Shown here piece by piece: positions 25,791 through 41,235 of a stretch of 64,000 nucleotides of DNA. The first letter of the stretch is position 1. Each line of letters starts with the position of its first letter. The DNA is from Antedon mediterranea (taxonomy: Eukaryota; Animalia; Echinodermata): positions 3,157,812 to 3,221,811 of the forward strand of contig NC_092675.1 in assembly GCF_964355755.1 (NCBI RefSeq), written 5' to 3'. The position numbers and the translations under genes are program-made. The notes beneath the pieces are model-generated. The model saw nothing but the letters and a program-made list of their open reading frames with translations. It was not told the origin of the DNA and ran no database searches.

Positions 25791-26658
25791 ATTCCAATTT
25801 ACTGTTTGCATTAGAGAATTAATTATTAATTTCTTTTTTTTAGACTTCACATGCGGATTTAGAGAGGTTATGAGATGATTATCATAATCATGATTATGTA
25901 TTATTTATACTGTTCACTTATTGTACCTTTATTCTGTTATCCAATTGTTTTTTGTTTTTTTTAGTTTTTACTATGGTATAAGTATTTTTTTTCTGTGAGA
26001 CATTTTGTAAGTAATAATGTGTATAATATGTATTTAGTACTGACCTATTGCATCGGTATATTGATTTGCTTGTTATACAATTTTTTTTAAGTATTCAAGT
26101 GTACAATTACTACTGTACATTTTTATTTATTATTTTTTTTTAATGTAACTAAATTATGTAAGTTTCATCATCATTTACCTTTTATATGTTGTTGTTTATT
26201 ATTTGTATGGACGCACCACCGAAAGGTGTGTGCCACTGATTCGAAAGTGAGTACTAATAAAATACTGAGTCGGTTGTTTTCTTTTAAGGTGAAAAAATCG
26301 CTTTACAAACAGTGAAAAAATCTTTTTACGAAAAGAGGTCCATAATATTAATGACGTGATCTGATCTTATCAATTGGTCCAACGCTAACTCATGGAGAGA
26401 ACACCTGGATCGTAGACTTTTCGATATGTGATTTTATATTGATTTGTATTTTGTATGTTTATTTGTTACTATCTCTGCAGTGTATATAAGAGGAATTTCT
26501 GATGTATTTTGTTTTATATTGGTTGGACCAAATAAAGAATAAAAATAATAATAATTCACTCCATGTGTAACTTAACTCTTCTTATAATGCTACCAACGAA
26601 AACGTTTGAGTCGGGTCCTATTAAAACTAAAAATTTTAAGTTATAAACTCACCCCTAA

Positions 26659-26832
26659 AGCGTGGTTCCCACTAGCGACGCAACACAAGGACGCAACGCA
26701 AGTGAATTGACCAATCACAAGCGATGGCTTATTCGCTTGTGATTGCTAACTGTCTATAACTTCGCTTGTCATTGGTTAAAACGCTTGCGTTGCGTTTACG
26801 TCCTTGCGTTACGTTCTAGTGGGAACCAAGCT
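26659..26832. mobile_element. MITE family B, well-preserved copy
   Basis: TAA|AGCGTGGTTCCCACTAG...CTAGTGGGAACCAAGCT|TAA; nearly identical to 57198-57376. Confidence 0.92.
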
Positions 26833-26866
26833 TAAAGCACTATACTGTAACAGAAAATATGAAGTA

Positions 26867-27164
26867 ATGCCCGGCGGCGATTTTTTTTTTCGTACATAAG
26901 TTGGGGACCCTTAATGAAACGTTACAAAAAAAACATGAATAATTCATCGGTTAAATTTTCTTGTTCCGTGTGTACCCAAGCGTATAGCAACAAGTGATTA
27001 CAACTCTGTAGAATCGTATCGCAGTTGTGTCACTTCTTGTTGCTATACGCTTGGGTGCACACGGAACAAGAAAATTTAACTGATGAATTATTCATGTTTA
27101 TTTTGTGACGTTTCATTAAGGGGTCCCCAACTTATGTACGAAAAAAAAAATCGCTGCCCGGCGG
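26867..27164. mobile_element. Palindromic (hairpin) MITE, ~300 bp, TA flanks
   Basis: About 135-bp near-perfect inverted arms around a ~20-bp loop (27005-27025). Confidence 0.85.
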
Positions 27165-27954
27165 TACAAATTCACAATATTATAGAGGGCGACATTGTCT
27201 TTTTTTATACGATCAGCAAAAGAAATAAGAATACATCTAGCGGTAACTCAATTATTTTTATACCTACCTGTAAGTAAGACGCGTCAAAATTGACGTAATT
27301 TTTGGTTTACGAAGACATCTTTATTTTAATTCTAATTTTAAACTTTAAACATGTTAAACTTTAAACATTTTACCTTTTGTATTTTTTATATTTTGTTTTG
27401 TTTTGATAACTTAGTTTCTCACAGTGAGGGATGAATAAAGTTTGACTGACTTTTTTACGGAGACATTTTGATGATGAGAGTACAGTTTTTATGTATTAGG
27501 ATTAGTGCAAAAATTCCTCTATAGATAGACAAACAAACTAATAATTCAGAATTATGAATTAGGACAAAATATTCTTCGATATGTACTATTTATTGTCTGT
27601 CTCCCTCTAACGCCAAAACCATCACAAGCAACCAAAATATTATTTTCCACTGAGGCCCTCTTTTTTGTGCAAATTATTGCGTTTTGAAACCTCTTGATAA
27701 GCAAATTTCCTTGGTAAAGAAATAAAAATCGCCGATTAAATTTAATACAGTCCAAATACATTAATGTATTTATTGTGTCATCTACTTCCGCATGTTCACA
27801 TTCTGAAACAACCTTTAATAGTTTGGTTATTTGATACACTGTTGTAAATATCTACGTTTGTAATCATTGCAAAGAAATAAGAAACTTCGCGGGTCGGTAA
27901 GATCAAGAAAAACAATGTAAAGAGTAAAAACAATAAGTAGTCCAATACTGTAAT

Positions 27955-28150
27955 TGCGTGTAGCCGAATAGTTAGGTGACTTGACTATCATACAGAAAGA
28001 CCCGGGTTCAATTCACCTAAAGAACAACCCCAGTTCACTCAGCTGTAAATGTGTAGGCCTATACCGAGGGAGAAAACGGTAAAGGCGGCGTAGAAAAGAA
28101 CTGCCATCCTATCCCATAATGATGTGGATTAATAATGCTCTTACTGATCT
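27955..28150 (+). mobile_element. Degenerate tRNA-derived SINE with a Deu/Nin-like core
   Basis: A-box TAGCCGAATAGTT and B-box GGTTCAATTC, then CACTCAGCTGTAAATG and GGTAAAGGCGGCG. Confidence 0.6.
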
Positions 28151-29711
28151 TTTCCCACTCCTATAAACAAAAAACACATCACGGGATTGTATACCTATAC
28201 AGTATTATAAAGGCCAGGGTAGAAAACTATGGAACGCCTCCTCTGCCTTCAGTTCACATTCATCATGCAGTACACACCAATCGTCAAGAAAACAGCATGG
28301 ATTCAAAGATATGATCTGGAGAGGGTGTGGTGATGAACATCGACATTGATAAAAAAAAAAGTAATAAATATTTCTCTTATTAGTTTGAAATAAGAAATAA
28401 AGTAGATTCTTTATTTTGACATTTATTGCGAAGATTTAATGAAAATTAACAAATAACCGAATCCCAATGCGAATAACTTTTTTAAATATATACACTCGTG
28501 TTTTTTTAACCATAAGCAATACATTGTAACAAAAATAGTGAGTTTTCCAATCTTTAACTTTCACGTATAGCAATCGCATTTTTACTGTTGATTATTATTC
28601 GGCAAATATTTGCCCGGTTTTTGGGGTTTTTCATCCAATGTAGGCTATCCTTTTATTTCTTTTCATTTATACCGGTACATGACAATTATTAGGACATAAC
28701 GGAAAAATAAAATGCAAAATATAATTAGTTATGTGTTTGTGTGTATGTGCCGTGGTTTAATATTAATTATTAAGATATTGTATTATTCTTTGTGGATCAA
28801 CATGATTGGGAATGCTATAAAAACCCTTTTATCTTCTACCATTGGGAAATTGCTAGTAAAGAGGCACCGACTAAACACAAGTAAATATACACTCAGCTTG
28901 TGGCGACTAAATATATTAGTACTAATGAATTTACAACATGTAGTAAATACATGTTAATTTATATCACTAGATAAACAGTTAGTTAATTGCTCCATAATAA
29001 TTATTATCATTTTAGCCAACTCGAGGCCGAATGAAAGTTGATGCGACCATAAGACTCGTTAAACTGGTTACAGGTGCAAATAAATTTGAACAATTAAAAC
29101 AATTTGTGTTATTGTTGACTAACTCTATACCGATTGTTGTTTGAAACAACCGACCGTAAGACTGATTCATAGCTTAAAACGAATGATGCAAATCTATTTG
29201 AAATTATTTAGAACGTACCACAATAATGATAGAAACTTTGTGTTTACATTAAGCAAGTCGTACGCGGTGATGCCTTACACATTACCTTCTTTCTCAATTT
29301 TAGTTGTCATTTTACTTGTAAGTTATATCATGTTGAAATAAGTATGTAATTCTCTACAGAATTGTTGATCTTTTTCAATACGTAGCTTAATTTAGATCAA
29401 TAATGACAAAAGGTCCTTGATTTTTATTGGTCAAGGCACGACCCACGTGCTACGCACACGCGTACGGCAGACAACCAAAGTCAAACAACTTAGTCATGTA
29501 CTTAGAATACAGTACTTGTTTATGAAGAAGATTAGCCTCCTTCTTTCGTTGATTGCTTGTGTTAATTAAGATTACACTGATTGCTAAGATGTTTGCCATG
29601 AAATAATAAAGTCAACAAGTATAAAACACGAATACGTTTATACGTTTATTATGTCTATATTTTTAAACATAGCCACGCCCATGACATGGATTTATGTGGT
29701 ACTTGAACTTA

Positions 29712-29871
29712 AGCGTGGTTCCCACTAGCGACGCAACACAAGGACGTAACGCAACGCAAGCGATGGCTTATTTACTTTTGATTGCTAACTGTCTATAACT
29801 TCGGTTGTCATTGGTTAAAACGCTTGCGTTGCGTTTACGTCCTTGCGTTACGTTCTAGTGGGAACCAAGCT
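29712..29871. mobile_element. MITE family B copy
   Basis: TTA TSD on both sides, intact TIRs. Confidence 0.92.
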
Positions 29872-31282
29872 TTATGATGCGTAATAAAATATGGCGAGTC
29901 TAACTTGGAGTAGAAAACAATACAGATTATCATTTGTATACTATATTGGGGTTTAAAAAAAATTCAGATTCAAATTAGGCCTAAGAGAGGTATGATAAAA
30001 CCAAGAAGGCGATGGAGGCGTTGCATAAAGTTACCGTATAGAAATAACATATAACATTTCCATTACACACTACAGTATATATGTTAGTGGTAACGTCACA
30101 CAATAAACAAGCCCATATACATGGCTGCAGTCGCTAGCTCACGTTTGAGTTAGTGTTTACCAACCGACCAACCGACAGATCAACCAATCTACTGACATAG
30201 TGAGCTGTAGAGTCGCGTTCGCACGCGATTAAAACAGAAACCCGGAGGTTTCTTCATGACCAAGGTACTGTAGTATGTCTATATATTGACCGTGTGGAAA
30301 CACAAACTATTTTGTTGAATATGCCGTTTCATTGTCACATAATAGCTAATCACTTTGGATCAGAAAAAACATATATACCTAAAAAAAACAGTGATTTAAA
30401 AAAAAAAATAATTAAGTCAATTGCTTAAATTTCTCTTTTTCAAAACAAATTTAGTTGTTTAGAAGTGATATAGGTGTTTTTAAAAACCAAACAATTAAAA
30501 CAAAATGGTAGATCACATTTGTGTTTTGAAGTAAATAACTTAAGGTAAAATCTTAATTAGGTCATCTCATTTCAATTTATTTTAAGATGTCTTCTGATCG
30601 AATCTTTTACCTAAATATCTTACGCGGGTGCTATGTTTGGTCAGAGAGACTACAGCTTAAAATATAAGAGATCGTGTTTGGAAAAGAATTTTTATTATTT
30701 TATTGATATAATAATTTTTTAATCCACCGTAATTTACTTTTTATAACGCGCGTAAGAATGCGTATATAATGTGACGCGTTTAATAACAGTTTTTGGTTTC
30801 TTCATCATGTATTATATGACGATGTGAAATTAGTAATTAAACGAAAACTTGTAAGTAGGTGGTCATTAACATGTTTAAATCATACACCTTGTAGGTATAC
30901 ACAATACATCTCTTTATAAACTCCAGTTCTTTGTACGACGGATTAAGTGTGGCCTAAAGTCGACGCGGTAACATCAAACGAAACACCCACCGTGACACCT
31001 GCGTATTTTGGCATTTATGCGTGAAAATGACGTGTATATTAAGGTGTCAATTATTGCTATTATTAAATCGAAATATAAAAGTTTTCGTTGTATCCTTTCA
31101 ACTTTTAAACCAACACGATACACGGAGGTAAAATAACACATAACTTTATAAACTTGCTCAGGGCCAGCTACCACGGACCACAACGAATGTTAACTTCCGC
31201 TAGGTATGAGGGATGACAAAACTATATTATGATGAATATCAACAGTAATAATACAACACTACGTAAATAATTATATTTATGG

Positions 31283-31439
31283 TTGGTTCCCACTAGCGAC
31301 GCAATGCAAGGACGTAACGCAACGTAAGTGATTTAACCAATCACAAGCGATGGATTATTCGAACAGTGTCTTGTCATTGGTCAACTTGCTTGCGTTCCGT
31401 TCTACGTCCTTGCGTTGTGGCTCTAGTGGGAACCACGCT
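31283..31439. mobile_element. MITE family B copy
   Basis: TGGTTCCCACTAG...CTAGTGGGAACCACGCT. Confidence 0.85.
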
Positions 31440-32228
31440 TTAGAACGCAACTGAAGATAAGTGTATTTGTAAGTAAATCGAGCCATATATAAGCTAATGG
31501 TTAGGCCTACATCTTATCTATGATTCCTCGTATAGCCTACCAATACCTCTGTGATCAATTCCTTCCCCACACATTGTGTGTAAATGAGGTTACGTCTATC
31601 ACACGTATAGAGCAAGGGGATGAGTGCAATCACATACATTAATGTAGTGATGTTTACCTAATATGACATGGGCTCGAGTAGGCCTACCATCTAAGTACAA
31701 CAATTAACAGACTATGTGGCATCATCATCAAAATCATACTTATATTATATTTTTTTGATTATTATTAATGTGCATTTTTTTCTTTTACTAAGTATGAACA
31801 AAATATATGACCTTGAAGAAAATTGATAAACAGGTTGGATCGCATTTTTACGATAATATTATTTTAAAATAATATATATTTATAATAGATATTTATGTAG
31901 CAAGCCTGCAAATGTAAAGTCAATATCATTGGCGCTGTATGCAAAAGCTGACCTTATTGTTTTTAATCGATTTATATAATCTTGGAAGATTTTTTAAAAG
32001 GAATGAGAAAAAAAATGACTCCATGATTTAAAAACCATGCCTCGACCTACATTTTTATATATCAAAGTTTATCGTAGAATCTGTTGAGGGATCGGGTTTT
32101 ATTATTGGTGAAAAGGTGACGGATCCAGAGCTGGTAGGCGGGAGGGGCAGGTATTATCCTCCTCCTATTGGATTTTTAGATTGGCACCATCTGGTTCCGT
32201 CCTACCAGGCGTTAGTCTAGTATAGAAA

Positions 32229-32369
32229 CTAGGTTCGAATCCCTTGCGTTGCGTATAAATTGATTTGACCAATCAAAGCAATAGATTATTCGAACTGCCA
32301 CTTGTGATTGGTTGACTCGCTTGCAATGCGTCTACGACCTTGCGTTGCGTCCTAGTGGTAACCAAGTTT
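32229..32369. mobile_element. Degenerate MITE family B copy
   Basis: TTGACCAATC..CTTGCGTTGCGTCCTAGTGGTAACCAAG. Confidence 0.7.
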
Positions 32370-35073
32370 AAACAACGTACCGTATGCCTTATGTTGAAAC
32401 GGAATGGTATGAACGGAACCATGGGACTAATGTAACTCTATGTTAACATGTTTATACAATCACTATTTAATGTATGTTGTGTACTTTCTCACCTTAATTT
32501 TACCTGTAGTTTGTGTTAATAACACTTTACTTCTGTACCTCACAAGGCCTTAAATTCTTTATATTTGTGTCTAATGATTTACACTAAAGAAAATATGAGG
32601 TGTTATATGGCAAACACACATAAACAAGGTGGGATATGGAGTAATAGAAGGGGTAGACGATACACAAACATGTCAGTTTAATGACATTGAGAACTCGTGC
32701 GATTGTTTTACATCCGACTAAAAACTCAAATGCATCCGTTACAAGTGTTTTCTTAGCGATCATGATTCGCTATGTCAACATCATCGCTGTTACTTTATAT
32801 AAAGAGCAGAGTGGATGAAAACAGAAACTGCTTAAGCTTTAGGTGTTAATAAACAACTTCGAATTAGTGCAGATGAAAGGGAACAAAGCCCGTATAGGTA
32901 TATACACTGTATTCCTGACTTACACAACAAAGATTAAAGTTTTCATATGATATCAATCGTGTAGTATACATTCCATTCTTAACGAATAGAATTTTTATTG
33001 AAACGAATTAAGTAGGCGTAATCTGGAATATTTTGGATAGATTATTCCAGTGTAACAAACCCTACCTTAACTTCACACTTGAAATAAATTAGTCAATGCC
33101 TGTCTTAGCAATTACTAGATTTCTTTAAAGTTGAGTGACTTGACTTAAAGTTTGTACTGTGTAAATCTTGTGTCGTTTGCAACGAACCACGAAAATTGTA
33201 TTGATGACGGTCAATTGTTACATGTTTACACTACTGGGGTATTAACTATATAGAAAGTGGTAATCATCCTGGATCAAAATCACTCAATGTAAATGAACAG
33301 TTTGTTTTTCAAATTCAACGATTCGTTAGCAATCTTATGTACACTTTTTGGCTCATACAAGTTGTAATTAGCTTGGAGAACAAAACAAAATGCCAGAACG
33401 AGTTTACTCGACTGTTCCTTGTGAATGGGTAGAGAAGCGAACAGAGGAAGTATTAAAGGTATACAAAAACACAAACGTTAATAACACGATTTCTTGTTAT
33501 TGCGATCGTTTCTATAACAGATGGGTTACACGTCCCCGGGGCTAACTGTAAGCCTCAAACATACCCTGCAGCAGGTGATTTTATGTGGTCTGCTCCACCA
33601 CGAATGTTACAAACATGCAATAGCCTAAAACCCACAGTACGCCAAAATGTGAGAAATTTGTATGTTTGAACAAATTGTACCACCAAGGCAGCTTACAAAA
33701 CTCATTTCTAATATGATCAATGATACCAAATGTAATAATGATAATAATTAATGGTTGTAGGCCTACTCTAGCCCTAATTGCTCTGGTCAAGTTTTATCAC
33801 CAGTTAAGTAGATTTTAAAGAGTTGGGTGGAGAGATGACACGCATCTTGAAAAAATGTATCAATATATATCATTAAATCATTCATTTCGTCAATACATAC
33901 AGTAGTTAACAAGCTACCAATGATCAGGAAGATGTAAAATGATTTTGTCTTACATTCCCCTGCATTAATCATTAAAATAATGTCATGTGTTCAGTATAGT
34001 CAATTTAAAATAACTCACAAAATCAAGTTTCGTCAGTAAAAAAAATTCCATAAAATTAGTTTTTCTGTCTGTATATTGTTATTATTTTTATTTATTTATT
34101 GGTCATCACTTTTTTTTTATCAGTGGCACACACTGTCGTTAGTGGTGCAACCAAAATAAAACAATAAAACAACCGTACATAAATGTGTCATGTAGCAGTA
34201 GGCTATTTCTTCTTAAGGTTAGTTTATGAAGTAGAAAAGAAGGTCTAAAAATATTAGTAAGATTCCAAGAAGTAAAGTAGGCCTAATATAACTAAAACAT
34301 TATTTCATCGAATGTCTTAGATCGAATAGGCCTAGAATTTGAATTTGTAAATCTAGTTTTTGGAAATAAGACAGAGTTATTTCACATTTATTTATTATGA
34401 ATATGTAGGTCTTGTTGCTCAATATTGTATAAACTGTATTGACGAATATCTTAAATAGCTGTGCTTATTTTTCTATGCAACCATACGGAAGGATGTGTGT
34501 TTGCGGCTTTGTCATAGAAATCACAGGTTTTATACTAATTCTTGCTATACATCTGGAAGCGACAGGTAGCCGACCACAATATTGGTTTAAAAACATTGTG
34601 TGAGAAGAATCACAGATTTAGTGTTACTTATATTTGTATTGACGCCTGATTGAGGAGGACGACGATATAGGGCACTTCGACCAGAATAATATAGAGACAA
34701 TAGAACACTTCAGAAATACAAACTTTTATATAAATATGTTCGTGGATGACAAACGACACTTAATAGTATATTCAACTTTGACATTGAACCAATTGGACCC
34801 GGATTTGGTCCTAAACCTTTTATTATAGTCTAGAAAGTGGATCAGAGTTATGGTAACTGACGTCCAATTTCATTAGTCTATTTAGAGGTGTGTTACGACC
34901 TTACCTCAAGTGGGGAATGTGGGTCGTTGATGATTATAGTCCCTACCACGTCTAGTCAGCTATAGCAAGAAGAATATATATGAAACGTTATGATCTAAGG
35001 GAATTTGTCCAAGGCATATAAAAAAGTGGGTGGCGAGGATATGGAGTAAACCCAATAAGTACTAATAATAATT

Positions 35074-35258
35074 CAGCAGAACCCTTCTTTTGGGACACTA
35101 GTATTCAGGGACACCTCTATTAAGAAAACACTTTTGGGCGACGAAACGGATGAGGGTAAATGTTTATGAACACTACGGCCAACCGCCTAGGGGACATTTC
35201 TATAGTATTGGTCACTTTGTTAGGTCCAGAACGTGTCCCATTATTAGAGGTTCTACTG
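35074..35258. mobile_element. pogo/Tc1-like MITE family C
   Basis: CAGCAGAACC...GGGACAC ... GTGTCCC...AGAGGTTCTACTG|TA. Confidence 0.7.
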
Positions 35259-38200
35259 TAATTGATATGAAAATAGTTATATTAAATCCTCTGTAAACAA
35301 AAGGTAGCACGTTGGCAAGTTCCTAGTTTGTATTTCCGATTATTCTTCAGGCTGTTTCTTTTTAGTATTTTTAGGAATCAAAAGTTCATTGTCGGGACAT
35401 GCCGCTTCCCCAAACTGTTTTTCTTACAAAACAGACTCAGTAAATTATTGTTTACTAAATGTGTGATGTTTCAGAAGTGCTGTTTATTTAATATACAATC
35501 AAAGTCTTCAAAAATTTCCCAGGCCCCTAATTCAGTCAAAGCAATGATTATGACAAGGGCCTCAGGGCGGCGATCTTGGGCTAACGAGCCTCATAATTAT
35601 CGCTATCTAGCCACGTTAGCTTGCTGATTAAACACATTTCTTGCCAAAACACAATACTTATAATTTAGCTTCGGGACGGTGTCAAGTCCCTTGTGTCATC
35701 AAACGATACCTGTACAACAGGTATGCTAGAACACCTGGCGATGTCACACTAGAACAAAAATGGGAATTAGTTCATATTTCGCTGTCGTTTCTTGATGATA
35801 AACATATGGTCAAAAGTTTGAAAAATTAACATAATTGTGTTAACGCGCTGATTTTAAAACGAAGTGACTTTACATTGTATACTTTTTTATTTTATTTTAT
35901 TCAATTTTCAGGCACAAAAACATAAACAAGACAGCGGTGCAGCACCCTGAGGATTGCCATGAGTGCAAAACACTATCAAGATGGCTCTTCATATACTGCA
36001 CTTGAACATACAGAAGTGAAACAATAAAAATACAAAGAAGTAAAACATTGAGTAGCATCAAATTGAACAAGGTGAAACTATACAAGTATATAATAAAATG
36101 TGATCATATTTAATACCACATAACAGAATTATAAGAATATTACAACGTAACAAGTAGCATCAATATTTCAATATATAGAAACTATAATGATATAGTATAG
36201 GCCTAAGTACTGTAAAAATAATATATCATAATGGAAAAATATATAGTAAAATTATAGTAACTACAGTAAAACCATATGACAAATATTCTATGTGATGCAA
36301 CTTATGATTAAATTATTAACACCGTACATTTGAAGCGGCAATATTTTGACACGTTGTCATAAAATATTGAAACATTGTCAACAATTATTTTCAAATTAAA
36401 ATTTTTTCGTTGGAAACAAAATATAGACAAGAGTCAATCATATAAAGTAATTATTGTAGGCGTCACAGCCTCGTTTTCATCAGCTGTTGATAGCTCCCGC
36501 ACCACGGGTCGCAATATAGGGGACAAGACAGTTGGTTTAATTAAATTTGACTCATGTAGTTCTGTTATAATGTAGCTAAAATGGTTTCCAACTGATTACT
36601 AAAAAATATGAACTAAAATAATGGATTTCAGCAGTGTAGCAGTACGTTAGAATTGGGCTAGATTGGTATAAACCAGCGCTAGGCCGGAAGAACCACACAG
36701 GTGACACACCGGGAAGCGGGACTCAACCCCGCGTATTGATCTTCAATAATATTACATCTCTTCAACACTTGTTATGCAAGTTAGTGTTTCTACATATCAA
36801 ATTGTCATTTGGTATAATTTCTGATGTTTATACAACCAAATGAGGATAGTAGATTCACACGGTGTATTTCCATCGTACTGACCTCATCCCGCTGTCGGAC
36901 AACTAGTAATATACATAGCGAAGGCGATAATTGGTAATTTCGCACTCCTGTGACTACACAACACCCTACGATTAACCTAAATTATACCCATCGGTGCGAC
37001 CTTGATTGAAAATATTTAATAATTTTGAAATACGGTATTGTTCATGTCAATTTTATCATTGACAGGCTGTGTATTTTAACAGCTGATAAATCGATGTAAA
37101 GATTTACCTTTATTTAGAAATTTATTAGTTTTGCTCCAAGGTGTGGTAGCACACCGCAAATTGAAAGTTACATGCCGTGCGATAAATTAGTAATGTTATT
37201 ATATGAATGGCTTTGCAGCGAATAATATAACCGATAACTTGCAGATAATTTTGTTTTATAATAAAAATCTAAATGCAATAAATTGATTTAAATTCTCGAT
37301 CCAATAAAACTAGAAAATGATTACCAATTAAAACAAACAAACTAATACCTGTAAATTAAATATTTTATTTCAACAGCAGCAATGTAAAAATATGATTATG
37401 AGGTGACAAGCTCTTTTACATTTTTCACTAAAATGTTGTTTTGGTCTGTGCAGGTTCAGACTCAACATTTTCAAAACATCAAATAGGCCTACGCATACCG
37501 GTAATTAATAGTGTAGGCCTATACACATTTATTAGGCCATTTTAGGCTAGGCCATGAACATCTCGCAACTCGAATTTTGACCGCGGGAGTAGAGAAGTTA
37601 TGAACGGCGTACTCTACAGGTGTGTTTCCCATCGCGCACAATAATTAGGCTTAGCCGACTCCTCGCGCAATTTCAATTTTTTTCTATCGTTGCAATGCAA
37701 GAAAAATAAATGTAAGTCACGTGTGTGATACGAAATAAAAATAATATACACTTAGGTGCGTTATAAAAAAGACATAACTTGAATTATAGGTATATTTTTA
37801 AAGTAGGCCTATGTATATAATAATACAGTACTTTAATAATTCCAATCATTGGCCAATTTCATTTGAAGTTTATAACGCCATAACCTCGATAAATCATTTT
37901 TATATATTAGCAAACATGAGTTTTTCTAGTCTATTTTTTTGCTACCTATAAAAAATAGGCACGTACTATTAATGCGTAGTACATTAACATTAGTTTATTA
38001 ACTTGCGCTCAACACAGTTCAAAGTTTCTATATTTTAAAACGAATTAGGAAAGTTCAATAACTCTGGGCACCGGTATGCATGTATAAAGAAATTACATTA
38101 TCAAATTTATTATCATAATAATGGCAACAAATTCGTTTATACGACATCTGACTATTACAAATATTTCTGCAAGTTATCGTAACAAAATTGTTATTTTAAA

Positions 38201-41197
38201 AACAAAATACTATTTTTCTAGATTATCAAACTTTAATAAGACACAAAAACATTTACTAAAACTGAAATTACAATGTAAGTAATAATATTGAAGCGAGTAA
38301 AAGTATTGGATTAACGAATGCAAAAGCGGCGCTAAAGATAACATTTTTAAACTGAATTTCTTATAAATTAATTCTTTTCATCTTCAACCTAAATGAAAAA
38401 CTAAATTTAGACGAGTGGATGCAACAATGAACATACAATATTAAATTTGCAACGGCTTTATATATTAAATTATTTTATTATACGATAATTCCTCATAACA
38501 AACGGTGTGTCGGTACTTCATTGTCCAATTCTAATCTATGGGTTGAAATAAAGTATCAACGGTTTATATATAAAAGTTCATTCATTTTAAGCCTATGGAA
38601 CGTCGTTGAGGAATTAGCCTAAACTGATTCTTCAAGACTTAGGCTAAACAATAACCTGCTCAATACATATTATAATTTGTCTTGTCAAATGATAGTGTGC
38701 TTGAAAAAGAAAATGTTGTGAGATTTGTGGAAAGATGTGAACATTATTAAAAGACAACTTGGAATTCTATAACATTTTAAATTAAATTGCATTGTCAAAA
38801 AATTATTTTAGTTGTTAATTATCCTTAGTAAGATACCATTGTATGATATTAAAAACATTTTTATAAGACAACACCATTTATCTATAATATTTTAATGTTA
38901 TTAAAAATATATACTGTGTGTATGATTTTCGTCAAGTCAAGATTGTAAATAGTATAAATAGAAAATAAAATTGAAAACAAGAATAAAAGTTGGGTAAAAA
39001 CCCAATGTAGTGCTTAATAAATAGATACATTAAATAATACAGCAATAGGCTAAGTACGACAAACTACAATAGACCAACTTGTTCGTAAAAAAACCAACAG
39101 TACGATACGATACTTAAACATTAAGATGACATTGTATAACTATTAATTCTGATATTTATATGAGTTTACGTCTACTTTGCTTTTGAAAGAAGAAACCATT
39201 ATCTTAAGTTATAGTTATTTTTTATTTGTTTGTATTAGGGCCAAAGGCCAATATACTTTGAACCAATAAATTCCCTGAAAAGGGAAAGAAGAAGAAGAAG
39301 AGTTAGAATTTTGTTCTGATGAATGAATAATTTAGTCGAAACATTGCCTCTTGTCCACCACTTATCACAACAGCTGTATTATTTGTTTATTATTTTGCCG
39401 AATAATAACACGTTTTAGACAGTTATTCAACTTCAAAATTAGGGTGTATTTTTACATAACTTAATTCAGAATATTGGTATAGAAATTGTACGGTCACAAG
39501 GTTTCGTTATTTAGGACAAGATTTACTGATAAATTGTTCATCACATCCAGACTGATTTGCACGATGATTACAAACGGTTACCATGGCAATTAACAGATAA
39601 AGATTCAGGTATGAGAAGTATTTCTATATATGTGATACATTCACAACGTGAGTTGATCCACAAGGAGACAATCCTCTTAAAGTCGTTTCACACGCAAAGT
39701 TAACGATTGCGCGTACAGTGCGTTTCCACGGGCGGAACAAGTGCGTTTACACTATAAGTGTACTGAACCAATTACATGATAGTTATAGTAATAGATAGTT
39801 AAATTTTAAAGATAAATTGATTTATTATAACTGTTTCGTTCATTAGACTTTTGAGAACGGAACTTTAATTTAATCAAACGGATCTTATCGGATTATTATG
39901 TGTGACTGTACTACTGGCAATCGCATGCAAAGTAAATATCGTAACTATATATTATATTATTATATAGAGTAACTAAAGAAAACACGATGAATTTAGGTTT
40001 GAACTTTTTAATATATTACATACAGTGAATTCCTTTTAAGCCCCCAAGCTGAACACACAGTGAAAATTGCTGCAGTGTTTTCAAAAATGCAACTTTATGA
40101 TTGGAAAATCAGCGTGGCTTCAAAATCTGTACAGGTGCGTCAATATCAGAGTGCTCAAGTCTAGGAGAGACTCACATCAAATGGCTCTCGGAAAGTGGTA
40201 TTTAGCATGTTGCAGGGGAAACTGTTACAGAACAACGTGACATTTAAGAACGTTGGTCCCACTCTTGAGGCCTCCTCCCTGCCGTGTTCAGCCTTTAATG
40301 TCACATAAACGCTTTGGCCTACGGTAACGGAAACCTAACTACGGTGCACTCAGCGACGTAGTGAAAATAAATGTCAGCACAGGAATACATGTTCTTTGGA
40401 TAATTGTTTGTTTAACTTTCTGTTGAAATATAATTATTTATTTTGACTGTTCATAAAGATATAATTTGAGTTTATGGTCACGATTCAGCAACCAATTATA
40501 CACCACAGCACCATTTCTGCGCAATACGTGATTACGTTATAATTTGTGTTTGTAGTAGGCCTAAATTATTAATTGGAAATTAAATTGTAAACATTATGAT
40601 ATTAAAATCATGAAGGAATTTTACTAATTAATTCCTCCAAGGTATGATTTGATTTAATTGAGCCATAAAAATATTTGTTCTGCTTGAATTATCTTAAATG
40701 GTGTTACTTGTAGCCGTCAATACTGCTGAAGACCCATGACCGTCATTGACGAATACAAAGCATCTATTGACTTCCCTGCTGGTTTTTATTCTTATCTTAC
40801 TTTTTATCTATCTATCTATAATAAGTACGTATATCATTACATTATTTGTGTAAATAGTTCGTTTTAATGTCATTTTCCCCTTTTTTGTCACACTTTTATA
40901 CTTTCTAATACTTTTTACAATATATTTTCTATGTATTAATAATAGTTTGTATTATACAAATAACATTTTTTTCTGTTAAATTATGATCATGTTTCTGAAT
41001 TTAAAAGGTCATTTACAGCTTAGGCAAAAAAAACCCCTATTGGAATCTTATTCAAAACTTCTTCGTGGGCAATTCAATAATTGTATCATAATTATCTAAT
41101 ATCATTTAAAAGTGTTTCTTTTGCAACATTAAAATACAATTAATATCAAATGTGATGGTGATAAATTAAATTGATTGAAAAAATACAATTTTATCAT

Positions 41198-41200
<3 letters not shown>

Positions 41201-41232
<32 letters not shown>
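41201..41232. repeat. (AT)n microsatellite
   Basis: Read directly from the sequence. Confidence 0.95.

Positions 41233-41235
<3 letters not shown>

Noticed and set aside
27955-28020. tRNA gene
   Set aside because: The cloverleaf is broken and SINE core sequence follows.
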